Of a stretch of DNA of 64,000 nt, positions 51,896 through 64,000 are shown piece after piece (within the stretch, counting starts at the first letter, position 1; each line of letters opens with the position of its first letter). The stretch is taken from positions 121,396,001 to 121,460,000 of the forward strand of contig OZ024745.1 of assembly GCA_964016885.1 (NCBI GenBank), in the 5' to 3' direction. Origin of the DNA: Eledone cirrhosa. Taxonomy: Eukaryota. The notes under the pieces were generated by a model. It worked only from the letters and a program-made list of their open reading frames with translations. It was not told the origin of the DNA and did no database searches. The translations under genes were made by a program, and so were the position numbers.

Positions 51896-52002
51896 ACATG
51901 GATGGATGCTCTAATAATGCATATCTATAGTATGGGTTTGTGGTCTGGTGTTGTCCCAATGCTGGGAAGTCATTTGCCAAACAAGAAAGTTTTGCTTAAT
52001 AC
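51896..52002 (+). CDS. SLC6-like exon (TM6), phase 0-2, 107 nt
   Basis: Acceptor ttctttctcag, donor AC|gtaagt. Translates TWMDALIMHIYSMGLWSGVVPMLGSHLPNKKVLLN(T), similar to VWIDAATQIFFSLG.GFG.LIA.SSYN. Confidence 0.9.
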
Positions 52003-54320
52003 GTAAGTATTCAACATCTAATTGATATTCTTCATTTTCAGAGAGAAAGGTGCAATAATATAAAGGTGTTTATTTATTGATTACATGGTCATAAGTTCAC
52101 TTAGTTTTCAATCGTTGTATGTAAGGTTCCATAACACCTGATGGGGCCATAGGGGGACCTTAGTGACATATGGCATTTCTTGGGCATTTTAAGCCTGGCA
52201 GAGCCGATCCCTCTCCAGGTCTTAACACAGCAGATCTCTTCCAGAGAAGGATAGAATGTGAGAGACAGGAAATGGTACTTTTTTTTTCAACCTAGAAAGG
52301 ATGAAAGGCAAAGTTGACCTCGACAAAGACACGGAAAGAGTACTGCAAAGCACTGACGTTCTGATGACTCTGCCAATTTACCACTTAGTTTTCAATGTAT
52401 ACCTAACAGTAAATGGGTAGTTGTAGTTGTTGTTACTGTTTAGCCCTAGGTCAGCCCTGATGAGCAGAGTTATGTTTAAAAATATTCCTACTGCAACCAC
52501 TTAGTCTTATTAGCGCTATCTAGGATTACATTATCTAGTGTGTCACCTACCTTAAGATGGTAGAGTGTGATTTAAGGGAAACCTGGCAGTTGTTTATAGT
52601 AGCCCAAGCAACTACCAAAAAAACTCCCTTGCTGGTTCATAAATAAACAGTTACAGTACACCAATGTAAATAAGAGAGAGCACAGTAAGTGGTTTTACAG
52701 CTTGAATTTAGTTTAAACCTTTCACATTTACATTACTCTATATTTACCATTAACCCATGCTAGCGTGGAAAGTGGACGTTAAACGAGGATGATGATGATG
52801 ATTTTCATGTTAAGGCTTTATCTCACATAATATCAAATTTATGAGATTTTGATATTATTTATTTTGAGAACAATACCTTAACATCAGTATGAGCAGCTGG
52901 TTACAGTTGGTTTGAACAGAAAGAGGTGAGAGAATTCTGGCCGGATATGGCTGGTTTAAATGCTAAAGGGTTAAGTCCATATTTGAACCTAGATTACATG
53001 ATAGTGAACCACTCAGATTCCCAAAATTGCCAGCATTAGTTGGAATTCAACTTCCTTAAGCCATATTTGATATTATAAACAAAGAAGAAAACCATAACAT
53101 CTTTACTCAAGTTTTTCATGTTATAATATATGTGATAATATCCAGGAATAGCTGGAACTATTCATCAGGTTCTAAAGATTTTGCAATAAATGCATGATCA
53201 AGATTATATCCTCATCATCATCATCATCATGGTCAAACATTCCTGACAAAATCTCTCTACAATTCACCATTTTCCGTTTCTCCTGGCAACTGCTCCCTGC
53301 TGAGGTTTGTTTTGTCTGAGAGTTGATCAATGAAAGTTCAAGCAAGTCTTCCTCTACTGCATCTCCCATGAGTTTGTTCCCACAATAGTAGCTTATGTAT
53401 AATTTCTTGCTTATTTCTCCAGCAATGTCCTACAAATTGTAACCATCTTTGACTAATTGTAGTTGTTTTCTTGAGCAAGTTTCTGTAAAAACTTTCATTT
53501 GTAATATGTTGACACCAGTTTATCCCTATAGCATTTACATTACTCTATATACACTATTGTATTTTTGTGGTAAAGGCTTCATCTTACATAATTACCTCAC
53601 ATATTATTGAATCTATGAGATTTTGATGTTATTTATTTTGAGAACAATACCTTAATGTTAGTGTGAGTGGCCAGTTACAACCGGTTTGAACAGAAAGAGG
53701 TGAGAGAATTCTAATCGGATATGGCCAGAAGGGTTAAATAACAAACCATAAAGCATATGAATTGATTATTTCTATATAAAACCATATTTTTTATGCAATG
53801 TCTTATGGCTGGATACGTTTGCTGGTGCTACAACATGCAGGCTGTGTACCTTTTCTAAACTAGATGTACATGGAATAAAGCTAGTGATGAAAGTTGTGAA
53901 GAAAAATGGACTGAGATGGTTGGGTCATGTGTTGAGAAAGAATGAAAGTGAGTGGAGGAGAGGAATAACGGAAATAAATATAGAAGGAATCAGAGGAAGG
54001 GGAACACCAAGAAAGACATGGATGAAGATGATGGAGGGGGAATGCTGACAATAAAGCCCTTTAGCAGTGAAAATGGTTTAAAAACTCTTATTGTTGTTAT
54101 AATTTATGACTATATATTTAACCCTTTCACATTTAAACCGGCCATATCTAGCCAGAATTCTCTTACCTCTTTCTGATCAAACCAGCTGTAACCAGATGCT
54201 CATACTGATGTTAAGGTATTGTTCTCAAAATGAATAATATAAAAATCTCATAGATTCAGTATTATGTGAGATAAAGCCTTTACCATGAAAATACAATAGT
54301 AAATATAGAGTAATGTAAAG

Positions 54321-54605
54321 CAGGCATGGGCAACCTTTTTGGAGAAGCAGGCCGCATGAGATATGGCTCATCATCAGGCGAGCCGCACGCGCTAATTTAC
54401 ATTCATGCATACATTAAAAAACAGGGGCGGGTAACTCAGGTTGTTTTGATTTGTTTCTTCAGAATTCATACACGTTGTTTTCCTTGATTGTAAAAATGAT
54501 AGAAAGATAAATTATGACTGAAAAGTTGGGGTAAAAAATCAGAAAGATTTCACTTAGGTGACTTAGGTGAGCTACGGCCCATGGGTCAGAGGTTGCCCAT
54601 GACTA
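54321..54605. mobile_element. hAT-like MITE nested in a piggyBac-type MITE
   Basis: TIRs caggcatgggcaacct and aggttgcccatgacta. Confidence 0.7.
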
Positions 54606-54757
54606 TGCTAAAGGGTTAAAACCTTTGTTGTTATAATTTAGGACCATATATGTAACTTTGTGAACAAAGACAAAATTTCTATGGATGATTTATGAATTTT
54701 TATATAAATTTATATTTGAATTCTTACACAGTTCTTTATATTGTATATTCCTTGCAG

Positions 54758-54882
54758 TGCCTGGATGTTGTTATTGTTGACATATGGACTTTTACCTCAT
54801 TGGCTTCTTGTGGCTATTGTACCATACATTAACCATCGAGATATTGGGGGTGTGTTGTCTTCCACTTCAGGAATGAAACAAG
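54758..54882 (+). CDS. SLC6-like exon (TM7, EL4), phase 2-1, 125 nt
   Basis: Acceptor ttccttgcag, donor G|gtaaat. Translates AWMLLLLTYGLLPHWLLVAIVPYINHRDIGGVLSSTSGMKQ(G). Size and phases match the canonical SLC6 TM7 exon as I recall it. Confidence 0.87.
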
Positions 54883-54887
54883 GTAAA

Positions 54888-55412
54888 TCATCACCATCAT
54901 CATCATTATCATCATCATCATCACCAACACCACCACCACCATCACCACCACCACCATCACCACCAACACCACCACCACCACCACTACCACCAACACCACC
55001 ATCACCACCACCACCACCACCACTACCATCACCACCACCACCATCACCACCAACACCACCACCAACACCATCACCATCACCACCATCACCATCACCATCA
55101 CCACCACCACCACCACCATCACCACCACCACCATCACCACCACTACCAACACCACTACCAACACCACTACCATCACCACCACCAACACCACCACCATCAC
55201 CACCACCACCACTATCACCACCACTATCACCATCACCATCACCACCACCACCATCACCATCACCACCACTATTACCACCATCACCACCACCACCACCACC
55301 ACCACCACCACCATCACCACCATCACCACCACCACCATCACCACCATCACCACCACCACCATCACCACCACCATCACCACCACCATCACCACCATCACCA
55401 CCACCACCACCA
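54888..55412. repeat. (CAC/CAT)n array starting right after the TM7 exon donor
   Basis: Seen directly. Confidence 0.95.
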
Positions 55413-55999
55413 TCTATGGTTGGATACTCTTCCTAATGCCAACCACCTTACAGGGTTTACTGAGTGCATTTCTCGTAGCGCTAGCATAACCATTTTACAG
55501 GGTGAACTGGGTGCATTTTATGATGGCAGATAAATATTTTGTGATTACATAATGGTTTCTGGATCATCTGATGGCCAACAATTTTGGGGAGGGGAAAGTT
55601 GATTCAATCAAACCCCATAATGATAAAAGGCAAAGCTAACTTCAACAGAATTTGAACTCGGAATGTAAAGGGACATAACTAAGTGCCACAAAGCATGGTG
55701 TCTGACACTCTACCGACACTGCCAACACACTGCCCACATTACATAATAAAAAAATTGCTATATCTTAAAAGTGTCACAATGGTTATTTTGCTATATCACA
55801 ATATTTCTATGACAAAGGATTCTGTCTGAAATATTAGACATCTCTTCTTTATCACACCATGTAATAATCTATTCCACTGTTTAAATGATTTCCATTACTT
55901 TCTGCCACCACCATCCCCTTCCATACTCTCCCCCACACCCCTACACCACCCTCCCAATTCTGCCCACACTACCCTTACTCTGTAAAGTTATGTTGGTAT

Positions 56000-56415
56000 C
56001 ACAAAAGCACCCAGCACACACTGTAAAGTGGTCATATAGGTGTCACAACAAAAAGCACCCAGCACACACTGTAAAGTGGTTGTGTAGGTGTCACAACAAA
56101 AAGCACCCAGCACACACTGTAAAGTAGTTGTGTAGGTGTTACGACAAAAAGCACCCAGCACACACTGTAAATGTGGTTGTGTAGGTGTTACGACAAAAAG
56201 CACCCAGCACACACTGTAAATGTGGTTGTGTAGGTGTTACGACAAAAAGCACCCAGCACACACTGTAAAGTGGTTGTGTAGGTGTCACAACAAAAAGCAC
56301 CCAGCACACACTGTAAAGTGGTTGTGTAGGTGTCACAACAAAAAGCACCCAGCACACACTGTAAAGTTGTTGTGTAGGTGTCACAACAAAAAGCACCCAG
56401 CACACACTGTAAATG
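56000..56415. repeat. 48-49 bp tandem array within an RTE 3' UTR (55895-56572)
   Basis: aaaagcacccagcacacactgtaaagtggttgtgtaggtgtcacaaca, about 9 copies. Confidence 0.9.
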
Positions 56416-57687
56416 TGGTTGGCTTTAGGAAGGGCATCCAGCCATAGAAATCTAGCCAGAAACAGTCCTATATGAGCACGACATGATCACCCAACCCAAC
56501 TTGCCTCAGATGGGACAAACCCGTCTAACCCATGTTAGAGTGCAAAATAGACATTAAACGATGATGATGATGAGACCATCACTAGTTTCTTTAAATTCCC
56601 CTTCTTTTACTATATTGTGTATGTGTGTATATCATGTAAATATACATTCATTAACATACATGCATTCATTAACACATATTTATACATATATATAAACATA
56701 CATCAATTCATAAATATATACACCCACATCATCATCACTGTGTAATTTCCATATTTGCATGAGTTCACATCCTGCCGAGGTCAACTTTGCCTTTCATCCT
56801 TTCGAGGTCAATAAAAAAAAAAGTACCAGTCTAGTACTGGGGTCAATTCTTCCTCTCTATCTTTCTCTGGAAGAAATCTGCTGTACTCAGGCCTGGAGAA
56901 GGATAGGCTCCGCCAGGCTTAAAATGTTCAAGAAACGCTGTGTGTCAATGCAGCGCCCCTACGACTCTATCAGGAGTTACGGGGCCATACATTGAGACAG
57001 TAGGTTATTGGAGAACGACATCAATGCTTCTAGTTTTGATTCTCACTTATAAACATTTCAATTATACTTCTCAGGCATTTTTCCCCAACAACATTCCTGA
57101 TCTAAAGCCTTTCGTTTTATCTATGTAAAACATCATTATGAGATTATATACTATTTGAGAAGATATTTAGGTAAATATATCATATAAGAAAAACAACATC
57201 GGAGTTTCCCTTTTCAGCATCAGTAAATATTGTTTTGAGATTGAGTTTGACATGTTCTTGTTGATGGTGTAAGGGGCAGGTACTGTGATAACCTGAAATG
57301 AAGATAGTTCTGTTAGACAGTTTATACTGATGTAGATTATCTGCTAGATTGAGCATAAAACACTGAGGTTGGCAACAATGTTTTAGTTAATGAACTTAGT
57401 GGGATATAATAGCTCCTACAGGCATACATACTATAAAGTGTGTTGTTTTTATTTCTATGTTATAAGTAATATATTCATACAGAAATGGTGGCTTCACTGA
57501 TAAGGTTTTAGATGTTTATAATTTATGTATCTATGCTTAAGTTCGGTTTTTAAATATATATATATATATATATATATCAAATATATATATCATATATAGC
57601 TATAGATATCACCATCATTATAACTCTATGTAAATATACAGAGATTGTATCATCATCATAATATATATATGTATGTATATATAATAT

Positions 57688-58757
57688 ATCATCATCATCA
57701 TCATCATCACCGTTTAACATCATTTTTTTATGCTAGTATGGGTAGACAAGTTGTCCCATTGTGAGACGAGTCAGATCAGATGACTGTGTCTTGCTCATAC
57801 AGAACTGATTCTGGCTTGGTTTCTATGAATGGATGCCCTTCCTAACACCAACTACACTTAAAGTGTGGACTGGGCGTTTTTGTCATGACACCAACATGAC
57901 CACTTTACAGTGTGGACTGGATGCTGGGGGTGGGGAATTGCATGTATGTAAGGTGAGAATTGGAGAGGTAGGTCTAGGGTGGGACAGTTAGCTGGTGAAG
58001 GGTGGAGTGTTAGGGTATGAATGAAGGGTAGAGTGTTAGGACGTGTGGGGTGTATGGAAGTGTTGCATACTAGAGACCACAAGATGTATGCTTCAACCCA
58101 TGTATCTGAGAAGATGGGTCTTCTGCAATACTGCATAATGTCAGAGGTCTTGATCCTGTGTCATCGCCTTTGAGAGGTGCAATTGTGCAAAGTCAGCTTT
58201 CATCACCTCATCCCAAGCCTTCCTAGGGTCTTCTTCTTCCATAGTTCCCATAAACTTTGAGCACCCTGTACCTATTTATACAGTTGACATCCTTCATACA
58301 CATCACATGTCCATACCAATACAATCCTCTCTCCTGCACACTACATTTCATCCCTTTTATGATCAGTTTCTCTCTCAATTCATTTATGCTTTGCTGTTCT
58401 TGTATATTACTATTACACATCCATCAGAGCATCCAATCTTCATAAGTCCTCTGCATACATTATATAATCTGCCCCTCATTTTGAGGGGAAAACCCTTTGT
58501 AGCTAGAAGTGGTAGTAGCTCCCTGAACTTTTTCCATCCCGTTCTCACTTTGGCTAGTGTACTTTTGGAACACCCACCTCCACAGCTAATTTGGTCACCT
58601 AGGTAACAGAAGTTGTCAACTGCTTCTATGGAACCTTCTAATAACTTGATAGAGCTTGTTTCCTGTGAGTATTTGCTGCTTACTATTCCTGTGCAACAAC
58701 TACAAATAAAACCTACATTCTTAGCTGGCCTACCTGCGATCCCGCTACATCCAGGCA
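57688..58757 (-). mobile_element. RTE LINE 3' part
   Basis: VDNFCYLGDQISCGGGCS...GWKKFRELLP, plus tail. Confidence 0.85.
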
Positions 58758-58759
58758 TT

Positions 58760-59140
58760 AATGAAAGAACTATGTAACATCAGTGGAATAATAGTTAAGG
58801 CAGACAAAACGGTGAATGTTTACTCTATGGATATCGCCATTTATAATAACTTCATTTGCAAGGAATTACATAAGAAATACAAGAAAACAATCAAAGCAAC
58901 TCTAATGGATATTAATAACGGGGGATTAAGTATAATGAAAGAATTGGACCTAGCCAACAGAACTGAACCCTTCACCTCCAGTAGACCTACATTTAACTTA
59001 AAAGACCACAAAGACAATTTCGAATGAAACTCCTCCATTAAACTAATATATCCATCAAAATCAGACGTAGGGAAAATAAGCAAACACATTCTAGATATTG
59101 TAATAGCACAAATTAAAGATAGACTAACAATCAAACTGTG
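58760..59140 (+). mobile_element. Penelope-like element RT N-terminal fragment (possibly Naiad-like)
   Basis: IVKADKT.N.Y...LKDHKDNFE*NSSIKLIYPSKSDVGKISKHILD. These match the PLE RT motifs ADK and K.HK...RLI.P as I recall them. Confidence 0.72.
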
Positions 59141-59245
59141 GTGATGGATAAATCAAATAGCCAATGCTATTAGCATACACCGTGGGAGAGTTGAGTATAT
59201 TTTGCATAATGAACTTGGCATGACAAAGATTTCTGCTCATGGTTG
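59141..59245 (+). mobile_element. mariner transposase fragment
   Basis: INQIANAISIHRGRVEYILHNELGMTKISA resembles the helix-turn-helix before the WVP motif. Confidence 0.7.
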
Positions 59246-59494
59246 GTGTTAGGAGGAAGGACATCCAGCCATAGATATCTTGCTAAACAAAGGGTTGGAA
59301 GGACCCTTAGTTGTGTCAAAGACCTGACAACTTCTCCTGTGCATTCAGTGGAATGTAAGACCGTACATAAGCAAGACAGATTCCTGGCCCATCAGGGAGA
59401 TCAGTGGCTCTGCTTCAGTACTGTCTTGGTCTATGTAGACCAGTCTAACCCATCCTAGCAGGGAAAGCAGAATTTAAAACAATAATGGTGATAA

Positions 59495-61440
59495 TAATCA
59501 TCATCATCATCATCATTTTACGTCCGCTTTTCCCTGCTTGCAAGAGTTGGACAGGTCCCATTCAGCACAGCATCTTTCCACTTGTCACAGTCCTTCGTCA
59601 TCTCCTTGGTGAGTTACAGCAATCTGAGGTCTGCTCACACCACCTCCGCCTATGTTTTTCGTGGTCTACCTCTACTGCGTCTTCCTTCTACTGGGATTTC
59701 TTGGCACTTCTTTACCCAGCGGTCATCCTCCATGCGCATCACATGTCCATACCATCTCAGCCTTCTCTCCTGTACACCACAACTTATCCCTCTTATACCC
59801 AGTTTCTTTCTCAACTCGTCTATGCTTGGTCGTTCATGCACATAGACATTGCACATCCAACGGAGCATACTTGCTTCATTTCGCTGCAGCCGTTGCATAT
59901 CTTCTGCAGTTGCTGCCCATGTCTCACTACCATGCAGCATCGCACATCTCACACAGGCTTCATATAACCGTCCTTTCATATGCAGGGAGAAACCCTTCTT
60001 CGTCAGCAGGGGAAGCAGCTCCCTAAACTTCCAACCCGTCCTTATTCTAGATACTATGGCCTCGGAACAACCCCCTCCCATGCTAATCTGATCACCTAGG
60101 TACCGGAAGCTATCCACTACTTCTATAGAACCCACCTGCATTTGAAAAATGTGTCTATCAATGCGACTTCTACTGTCTAATTTCCCTGTACATCTACTGC
60201 ATACGTATTTCTCCCTACCTGTTAGTTTGCTTGCTATCCCATTACATCTCTTGTGTACCCAAGATCTGCATTGTGTGCATTTTATAGAATTTATGCCAGT
60301 TCCTTTTCTGCATATCAAACATGGCCATTTCCCTGAGAGAATCAGAGTTTTGTCCTCTTTTCTACTCATCAACACTTTTGTTTTAGTTATGTTCACTCTC
60401 AGGCCTCTTGATTCCAACTACTGTTTCCATAGCCAGAATTTATTCTCTAGCTCCTCTACTGATTCTGCTATAAGAACCAGATCGTCAGCATAGAGAAGTT
60501 CCCATGGACAGCCAGTCTTAAACTCCTTTGGAGGACTATAATGAACAAGACCGGGCTGAGGACCGAACCCTGGTGTACACCTACTTGTATCTGGAATTCC
60601 TCACTAAACTCCATTCCTACCCTCACTTTACTGACAGCACCTCTGTACAAAGTTTGTACTGTCCTCACAAGCCATTCTGCAACACCTAGTTTCCTTAGGG
60701 ACCACCAGATGACAGATCGGGGTACCCTATCAAAGGCCTTCTCTAGGTCAACAAAAGCTAAGTATAGTGGCTTATTCTTCTCTAAGAACCTCTCTTGTAA
60801 TTGTCTCACCAAGAAGAGGGCATCTGTTGTACTTTTCCCAGGCACAAAACCAAACTGCATCTCATCTAGTTTGACCCTTTCTCTAATTAGTTGTGCTAAT
60901 ATCCTTTCTGCCACTTTCATAACCTGATCCATCAGTTTTATACCCCTATAATTGCTCCTCTCCAGAACATCCCCTTTACCTGTGTAGCAATTTATGAGAA
61001 TACTGCTGCACCAGTCTTTGGATATGACACCGCCATATATAGCCTGATTGATGATGCATGCAACCAGTTTAGTGCCTACGTCCCCTGATGCCTTCAGCAT
61101 CTCAGCAACTATCCCCGACGGTCCAGCGGCCTTACTATTTTTCATTTCCTTAATCGGCTCTTGGACTGAGGGTAATTTCTCTCTCTCCCATTCGTTCTCC
61201 ACATTCATCAGTCTCTCATAATGACATTTCCAGGCCTCCTTTTTCTGATCATTTGTGACACTAAGTACACCTGCATCATTCCGGACACATTTATCACCAA
61301 CAACATCCTGATTTGCATTGACACACTGCCTTGCAATGTGGAAAACCGCACGCCTCTGATCTTCCTGTCACAGAACATTGGCAAACCTCCTACTCTCAGC
61401 CTCCCTGTGTGCTAAGTACACCTGATGTCTAGCTTCTCTC
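59495..61440 (-). mobile_element. RTE LINE, about 1.9 kb, with nearly complete but disrupted RT
   Basis: KAAGPSG...NYRGIKL...QFGFVPGKSTTDA...FVDLEKAFDRVP...GVHQGSVLSP...LYADD...RWYGHV. Confidence 0.93.
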
Positions 61441-61442
61441 AT

Positions 61443-61588
61443 TGCAGCATAGAGTTATGGCCTTTTATAGTCTAAGTTCAAATCCTGCCGAGGTTAACTT
61501 TGCCTTTCATCCTTACGCGGTCGATAAAAAAGTACCAGTAACGTACTGGGATAATTGCTGGCCTTGTGCCAAAAGTAGAAACAATTAT
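61443..61588 (+). mobile_element. 5'-truncated SINE family 1 whose tail runs into an (ACT)n array
   Basis: gcagcatagagttatggcc...ccaaaagtagaaacaattatta, then (ACT)n. Confidence 0.8.
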
Positions 61589-61839
61589 TACTACTACTAC
61601 TTCTACTGTTGCTGCTACTACTATTACTATTACTACTAGTACTACTACTACTACTACTAATACTACTACTACTACTAGTACTACCACTACTACTAATACT
61701 ACTGCTACTACTGCTGCTGCTGCTGCTATTACTACTACTACCACCACCAACACCACCACTACTTCTACTACTACTACTACTATTACTACTACTACTACTA
61801 CTACTACTACTATTACTACTACTTCTACTACTACTACTT

Positions 61840-61894
<55 letters not shown>

Positions 61895-61940
61895 TACTAC
61901 TACTACTACTTCTACTACTACTACTACTTCTACTACTACT
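61588..61940. repeat. (ACT)n array ending about 40 nt before the TM8 exon
   Basis: Seen directly. Confidence 0.95.
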
Positions 61941-61981
61941 AAATGAATTAACATCTGATAAAACTTCCATTCTGTTTACAG

Positions 61982-62094
61982 GTCTTCCTATGTTGCTGGT
62001 ATCAGTGGCAAATACATTCTCGGAATACAGTTTATCACCAATTATTGCTTCACTGGTCTATCTCTCTTTCTTCTTACTGGCATTGCTCCATCAG
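61982..62094 (+). CDS. SLC6-like exon (EL4, TM8), phase 1-0, 113 nt
   Basis: Acceptor ctgtttacag, donor CAG|gtaggt. Translates GLPMLLVSVANTFSEYSLSPIIASLVYLSFFLLALLHQ, similar to GPGLAF..YP.A...P....S.LFF.ML..LGLDSQ. Confidence 0.88.
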
Positions 62095-62343
62095 GTAGGT
62101 GTATTTCAACAATCACATCAAAGGAGAAAACACATTTAGATAAAAGTGTATTCAATTACTTAGTATTTTAATTAGGCCCAGTGATGTATGAGAAAAACAT
62201 ATTGCTTTATATATCATCATCATCATTTAACGTCCGATTTCTTTGCTTGTAAAGGTTAGATGGGTTTGATCATCTCAGGCAGAGTCAGTACTTTGGCAGA
62301 ACTACTCATATCTCTCTCTCCCTCTCTCTCTCTCTCCCTCTCC

Positions 62344-62381
<38 letters not shown>

Positions 62382-62539
62382 CTTCATATCTCCAAAATTA
62401 TGTCAAATAGTATATGTAACAGCTTGAACGAAAGTGAAAGCTCTCACTTTTCGTAAAGATGGCTGTATTTGTTTATTTATATATGTGTGTGTATGTGACT
62501 TAGAAACTGTGTTAAAATTCTATGTATCAGCCATTACGG

Positions 62540-64000
62540 TTCCCACTTCCCACCCCACCACATTCGGTATACATGCCCGACGCTGTATGCTAACCACTCC
62601 CTCGTGAATATATCATAGAACAGACAAGGGGCGGACGGAGGCTCTGTAAACCGCAATGTAGGGCAACTCGTCTAGGAGAGCTACCACTCCGAATAAATTG
62701 GTGCGGGGTAGAGAGGTCTCCTAAGTCCAATAAGACAAATTCCCTAGTGCTGGTGGCATGAATAAAAACACCCAGTCTATGCTGTAAAATGGAGGGGTGG
62801 ATAGGGCCCCTGAATCCAGTAAGACGACCTCTCTAGTGCTGGTGGCACGAATAAAAGCACCCAGTCCATGCTGTAAAATGGAGGGGTGGATAGGGCCCCT
62901 GAGTCTAGTAAGACAACGTCTCTAGTGCTGGTGGCACAAATAAAAGCACCCAGTCCATGCTGTAAAGTGGTGCTGGTGTTAGGAAGGGCATCCAACCAGT
63001 ATAATAAATGCCAAAATTATGAACACAACAAATAAGAATTGCAACAACTGCATCAACAGCAATAACACTAATCATGTTAGGGCTGCACACGGTAGTGGGG
63101 TGGCTGGTGAGGCCATGTGCGAGAACCCCCCGACCGTCATCAAGGAATTGCACAAAAACAACTGCGTAAATAGCAATAACACTAACCATGTTAGGGCTGC
63201 GCACGATAGTAGGGTGGCTAGTGAGGCAATGTGTGAGAACCCCAAGATCGTCATCAGGCAATCACATAACAGGAAAAAGAACAAGACATTGTATCTCAGA
63301 GTTGCCACACTTAATGTTGGCACTCTAACAGGTAGATCTGGTGAGATAGCAGAGATGCTGGAGAGAAAGCATGTGGATGTGTGCTGTGTGCAAGAGGTGA
63401 GATGGAGAGGTGCCTCTGCAAGACTAATTGCAGGCAAACATCGTAGTTATAAGCTTTTCTGGGTGGGTAAGGATGATGGTTTAGGTGGGGTGGGCATATT
63501 ACTGGCTGAAAGATGGATCAATAAGACAATTCCAGATACAAGTAGGTGTACATCAGGGTTCGGTCTTCAGCCCAGTCTTGTTCATTATAGTCCTCCAAGC
63601 CATAACAGAGGAGTTTAAGACTGGCTGCCCATGGGAACTTCTCTATGCTGATGATCTCGTTCTTATAGCAGAATCAGTAGAGGAGCTAGAGAATAAATTC
63701 TGGCTATGGAAACAGTAGTTGGAATCAAGAGGCCTGAGAGTGAACATAACTAAAACAAAAGTGTTTTACAACAGAAGTTCCTACCCCAAAATAAGCCATT
63801 TTATTTAGCCTGTGTTGGTCTAGAAAAGGCCTTTGACAGAGTACCTCAATCTATCATCTGGCAGTCCTTAAGGAAATTAGGTGTAGAAGAATGGCTTGTG
63901 GGAGCAGTGCAAGCAATGTAGAGAGGAGCTGTCAGTAAAGTGAGAGTATGAAGTGTTTTGTGAGGAATTTAGGGTACAGGTAGGACTTCATCAAGGTTTG
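62540..64000 (+). mobile_element. RTE LINE 5' region (5' UTR, start of APE endonuclease) joined to rearranged RT pieces
   Basis: LRVATLNVGTLTGR...DVCCVQEVRWRG, then a jump to GVHQGSV...YADD, then LEKAFDRVP out of order. Confidence 0.85.

Noticed and set aside
59025-59027. In-frame TGA in the PLE fragment as selenocysteine
   Set aside because: It aligns with a non-Cys position, and the fragment is truncated with no SECIS seen. An ordinary nonsense mutation is more likely.

Overview
AT-rich, microsatellite-dense eukaryotic DNA. The SINE, LINE and microsatellite repertoire looks like a coleoid cephalopod, probably Octopus (inference from remembered repeat families). The one host gene I can support is an intron-rich, very divergent SLC6 (neurotransmitter:sodium symporter, NSS) gene on the + strand. 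It has 8 in-frame GT-AG exons from 21978 to 62094 (995 nt, about 331 aa, TM2-TM8). The TM1 exon was not found and TM9-12 lie beyond the window. Exon phases and sizes are canonical, but most Na2, Cl-, gate and substrate residues appear substituted. The second highlight is a set of minimal type I hammerhead ribozyme (HHR) motifs. Five sit in 7.4-9.2 kb in tandem and inverted arrangement, one U3-A8 variant is at 35.7 kb, and several decayed relics are scattered; all are probably from Penelope-like element (PLE) termini inserted in (TA)n. The rest is RTE and CRE-type LINE fragments, two tRNA-derived SINE families, piggyBac/hAT/Tigger-type MITEs, a deleted mariner, Helitrons, minisatellites and a >=0.9 kb inverted duplication. 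Most ORFs in the supplied track are repeat artefacts. Repeat boundaries were read by eye and are approximate; exon and ribozyme boundaries were counted base by base.
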